Part shown: one piece after another, positions 61,914-64,000 of the stretch
How positions within the stretch are numbered: position 1 is the first letter of the stretch
How the letters are laid out: each line of letters begins with the position of its first letter
Origin: an uncultured Parachlamydiaceae bacterium
GTDB taxonomy: Bacteria > Chlamydiota > Chlamydiia > Chlamydiales > Parachlamydiaceae
DNA: 64,000 bases
Direction of reading: 5' to 3'
Assembly (NCBI GenBank): GCA_963752155.1
Contig: CAVVXH010000015.1
Span: 64,001 to 128,000, forward strand
Notes under the pieces: model-generated
Seen by the model: the letters and a program-made list of their open reading frames with translations, nothing else
Databases searched by the model: none
Told to the model about the DNA's origin: nothing
Position numbers and translations under genes: made by a program

Positions 61914-63342
61914 ATGCATTTTGTTGGTAGAAAAAAAAGAATTAGAAATCCTCGAACGCCTTAAATTGAAAAATTCTTCAAGCCTTGTCGTAGTATGGGG
62001 GAGAAGGCGAATCGGGAAAAGTAGGCTTATTTCGGAATACCTGAAAAAGAAAAAAAGTTGGAATTTTTCTGGCCTTCCTCCGTCGCCTCATGTAACCCAT
62101 CAAGAACAAATTAATGTCTTTATAAGTCAAATGGCCCGAAATATCGGCATGCCTGAACTTAAAACATCAGATTGGAGCGAAGTTTTTTGGCATCTAGGTA
62201 ATCAAGCTGAAAAAGAACCAGAACTCATCATTTTCTTTGATGAAATTTCATGGATGGGTTCAAAAGATTCAAATTTTTTGGGATATTTAAAAACAGAATG
62301 GGATAGAAGCTTCTCTAAACATCCAAAATTAATTTTAATTCTATGTGGTTCTGTTTCAAGTTGGATAGAAAAGAATATTCTTAGCAGCACTGGATTTCTA
62401 GGAAGAATCTCTATAAAATTAGAAGTAAAGGAATTACTATTGTCTGAATGTAATGAATTTTGGTCATTACAAAGTAAACGTATAAGTAGTTATGAAAAAT
62501 TAAAAGTTTTAAGTATAACAGGAGGAGTCCCCAAATATTTAGAAGAAATTGTGCCAGGTGAGTCAGCAGAAAAAAATATAAGCAATTTATGTTTTACACC
62601 CCAGGGACTCCTCTACAGAGAATATGATCAAATATTTTCGGATCTATTTTCTAGAAGAACTCCCACATTTGACAAAATAATTAAAACACTCGCTGATGGA
62701 CCAAAAAGTTTAACAGATATATCCAGTGAATTGACAATAGATAAAAGTAATTTAACTGATTATTTACATGAACTCGTTACAGCTGGATTTGTATCTGAAG
62801 ATTTCACTTGGAATATTAAAAATAAAAAAGAGTCAAATCTCAAAAAATTCCGTTTAAAAGATAATTACACTCGATTTTATTTAAATTTTATTTTACCTAA
62901 CAAAGGTAAAATACAGCTTGGAGTATTTTATAATAATTCTTTATCAAATCTTTCAGGTTGGGAAGTCATATTAGGGCTCCAATTTGAAAATCTAGTAGTC
63001 AATAATGTTGTTAAGTTGTGTCAGATCATAGGGATTGATATTCAACAAGTTGAACAAGCTGGGCCCTTTTTTCAAAAAAAGACAGAAGCAAGACCTGGAT
63101 GCCAAATTGATCTACTTGTACAAACAAAATTTGCAACACTTTATCTATGTGAAGTGAAATTTTGCATGGGAGAAGTCAATAAATCCGTGGTCCATGATGT
63201 AAAAATTAAATTAGATCGATTAAGTATTCCAAAAGGCTATTCCGTGCGCCCGATTTTAATTCATGTGAACGGAGTGACACAAGGAGTAGTTGAAAGCGGT
63301 ATTTTCGATAAGATAATAGATTTTAACGAGTTTTTGCAATAG
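61914..63342 (+). CDS. AAA ATPase with wHTH and C-terminal PD-(D/E)xK-like domain; +1 frameshift in A8 run near start
   Basis: GRRRIGKS, FDEISW, TGGVPKYL, QIDLL...CEVKF. ATG 61914 with AAGGA RBS gives the family-typical MHFVGRKKELEIL if one A is removed. Confidence 0.85.
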
Positions 63343-63426
63343 CTCAAGCGTGTGACTAAGGAATCATTCATCTATTTAATCTTTCTTTTTTTATGACAAC
63401 CTGCTATAATGATTTTAGAAACGTTT

Positions 63427-63526
63427 GTGCAAGTTATTATTGCACAGTCCCTTAGGGATTGTGCAATAATAACTTGTATGATTGGGCTGCGCCAAAGCCC
63501 CGTGGTTAAGCGATCGAAAGTGACCC
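63427..63526. repeat. Two family B halves joined tail-to-head at a single TTA
   Basis: ...ttgcacagtccc TTA gggattgtgcaataataacttg... Confidence 0.78.
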
Positions 63527-63918
63527 AATAGCCAAAAGGAAAAGCAAATGATCTCTTCAGACCAAAGAAAAGAAGAATCTAAAAATCAAGTTCCCCCGTT
63601 CCTTTTTGTACTTAAAGAAGGGCCAGAATTTGAGAAAAATTTACTCGATTATTCTCTATGCATGATGCAAATCAAACCGGAGAGCTTTAAAAATTCAAAT
63701 CAGAAAATAATCGTCTCTTCTCGAAATAAATATGACAGTCAAGTTGGCTAAAACTTGACTCCACACTGCTGAAAAAAAATGCAAAAGTACATATCTCTCT
63801 TGCATAATTCAATATGAATCATCTAAAATGATGACTTCAAGCATTCGTCATCCCTTCAAGGCTGACTCATACAATGCAGCCCAAGAAAATGAACTTTAAA
63901 TTTAAGGAGAATCATCAG

Positions 63919-64000
63919 ATGGCAAATTCTACAGCAAAGGAAATCATTTTTGAAGAAAAAGCACGCGAGCTTTTGCTTCTCGGAATAAAAAAACTCGCAG
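63919..64000 (+). CDS. groEL: Chaperonin GroEL, 5' end only
   Basis: MANSTAKEIIFEEKARELLLLGIKKLA; AAGGAG RBS. Confidence 0.85.
   Translation, partial: MANSTAKEIIFEEKARELLLLGIKKLA

Noticed and set aside
63730..63918. CIRCE element upstream of groEL
   Set aside because: No TTAGCACTC-N9-GAGTGCTAA match seen

Overview
AT-rich bacterial chromosome window, most likely from an environmental chlamydia (Chlamydiota, Parachlamydiales-like). This is inferred from the kdsB-pyrG-ruvX-zwf-pgl order, the DUF3604-menG pair and the many F-box/BTB/LRR/ankyrin effector-like genes. 1-11.5 kb is an accessory tandem array of at least 12 paralogous small membrane-anchored proteins (two N-terminal families, swappable C-terminal modules) that share a conserved leader and surround an ankyrin-patatin phospholipase. 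The rest is a housekeeping backbone: ABC-F, valS, menG, pgl/zwf, pyrG, kdsB, an arginine succinyltransferase operon, a desaturase, tRNA-Cys, rsmI, FadL and the start of groEL. It is interspersed with eukaryotic-like effector genes, a DUF4160/DUF2442 pair bracketed by a 14-bp direct repeat, and two AAA-ATPase/PD-(D/E)xK genes. Intergenic DNA is packed with at least eight families of palindromic or MITE-like repeats. Several are nested, two families show target-site duplications, and some show internal inversions. No transposase is visible in the window. Five genes carry frameshifts, most at homopolymers, which may be assembly errors rather than biology.
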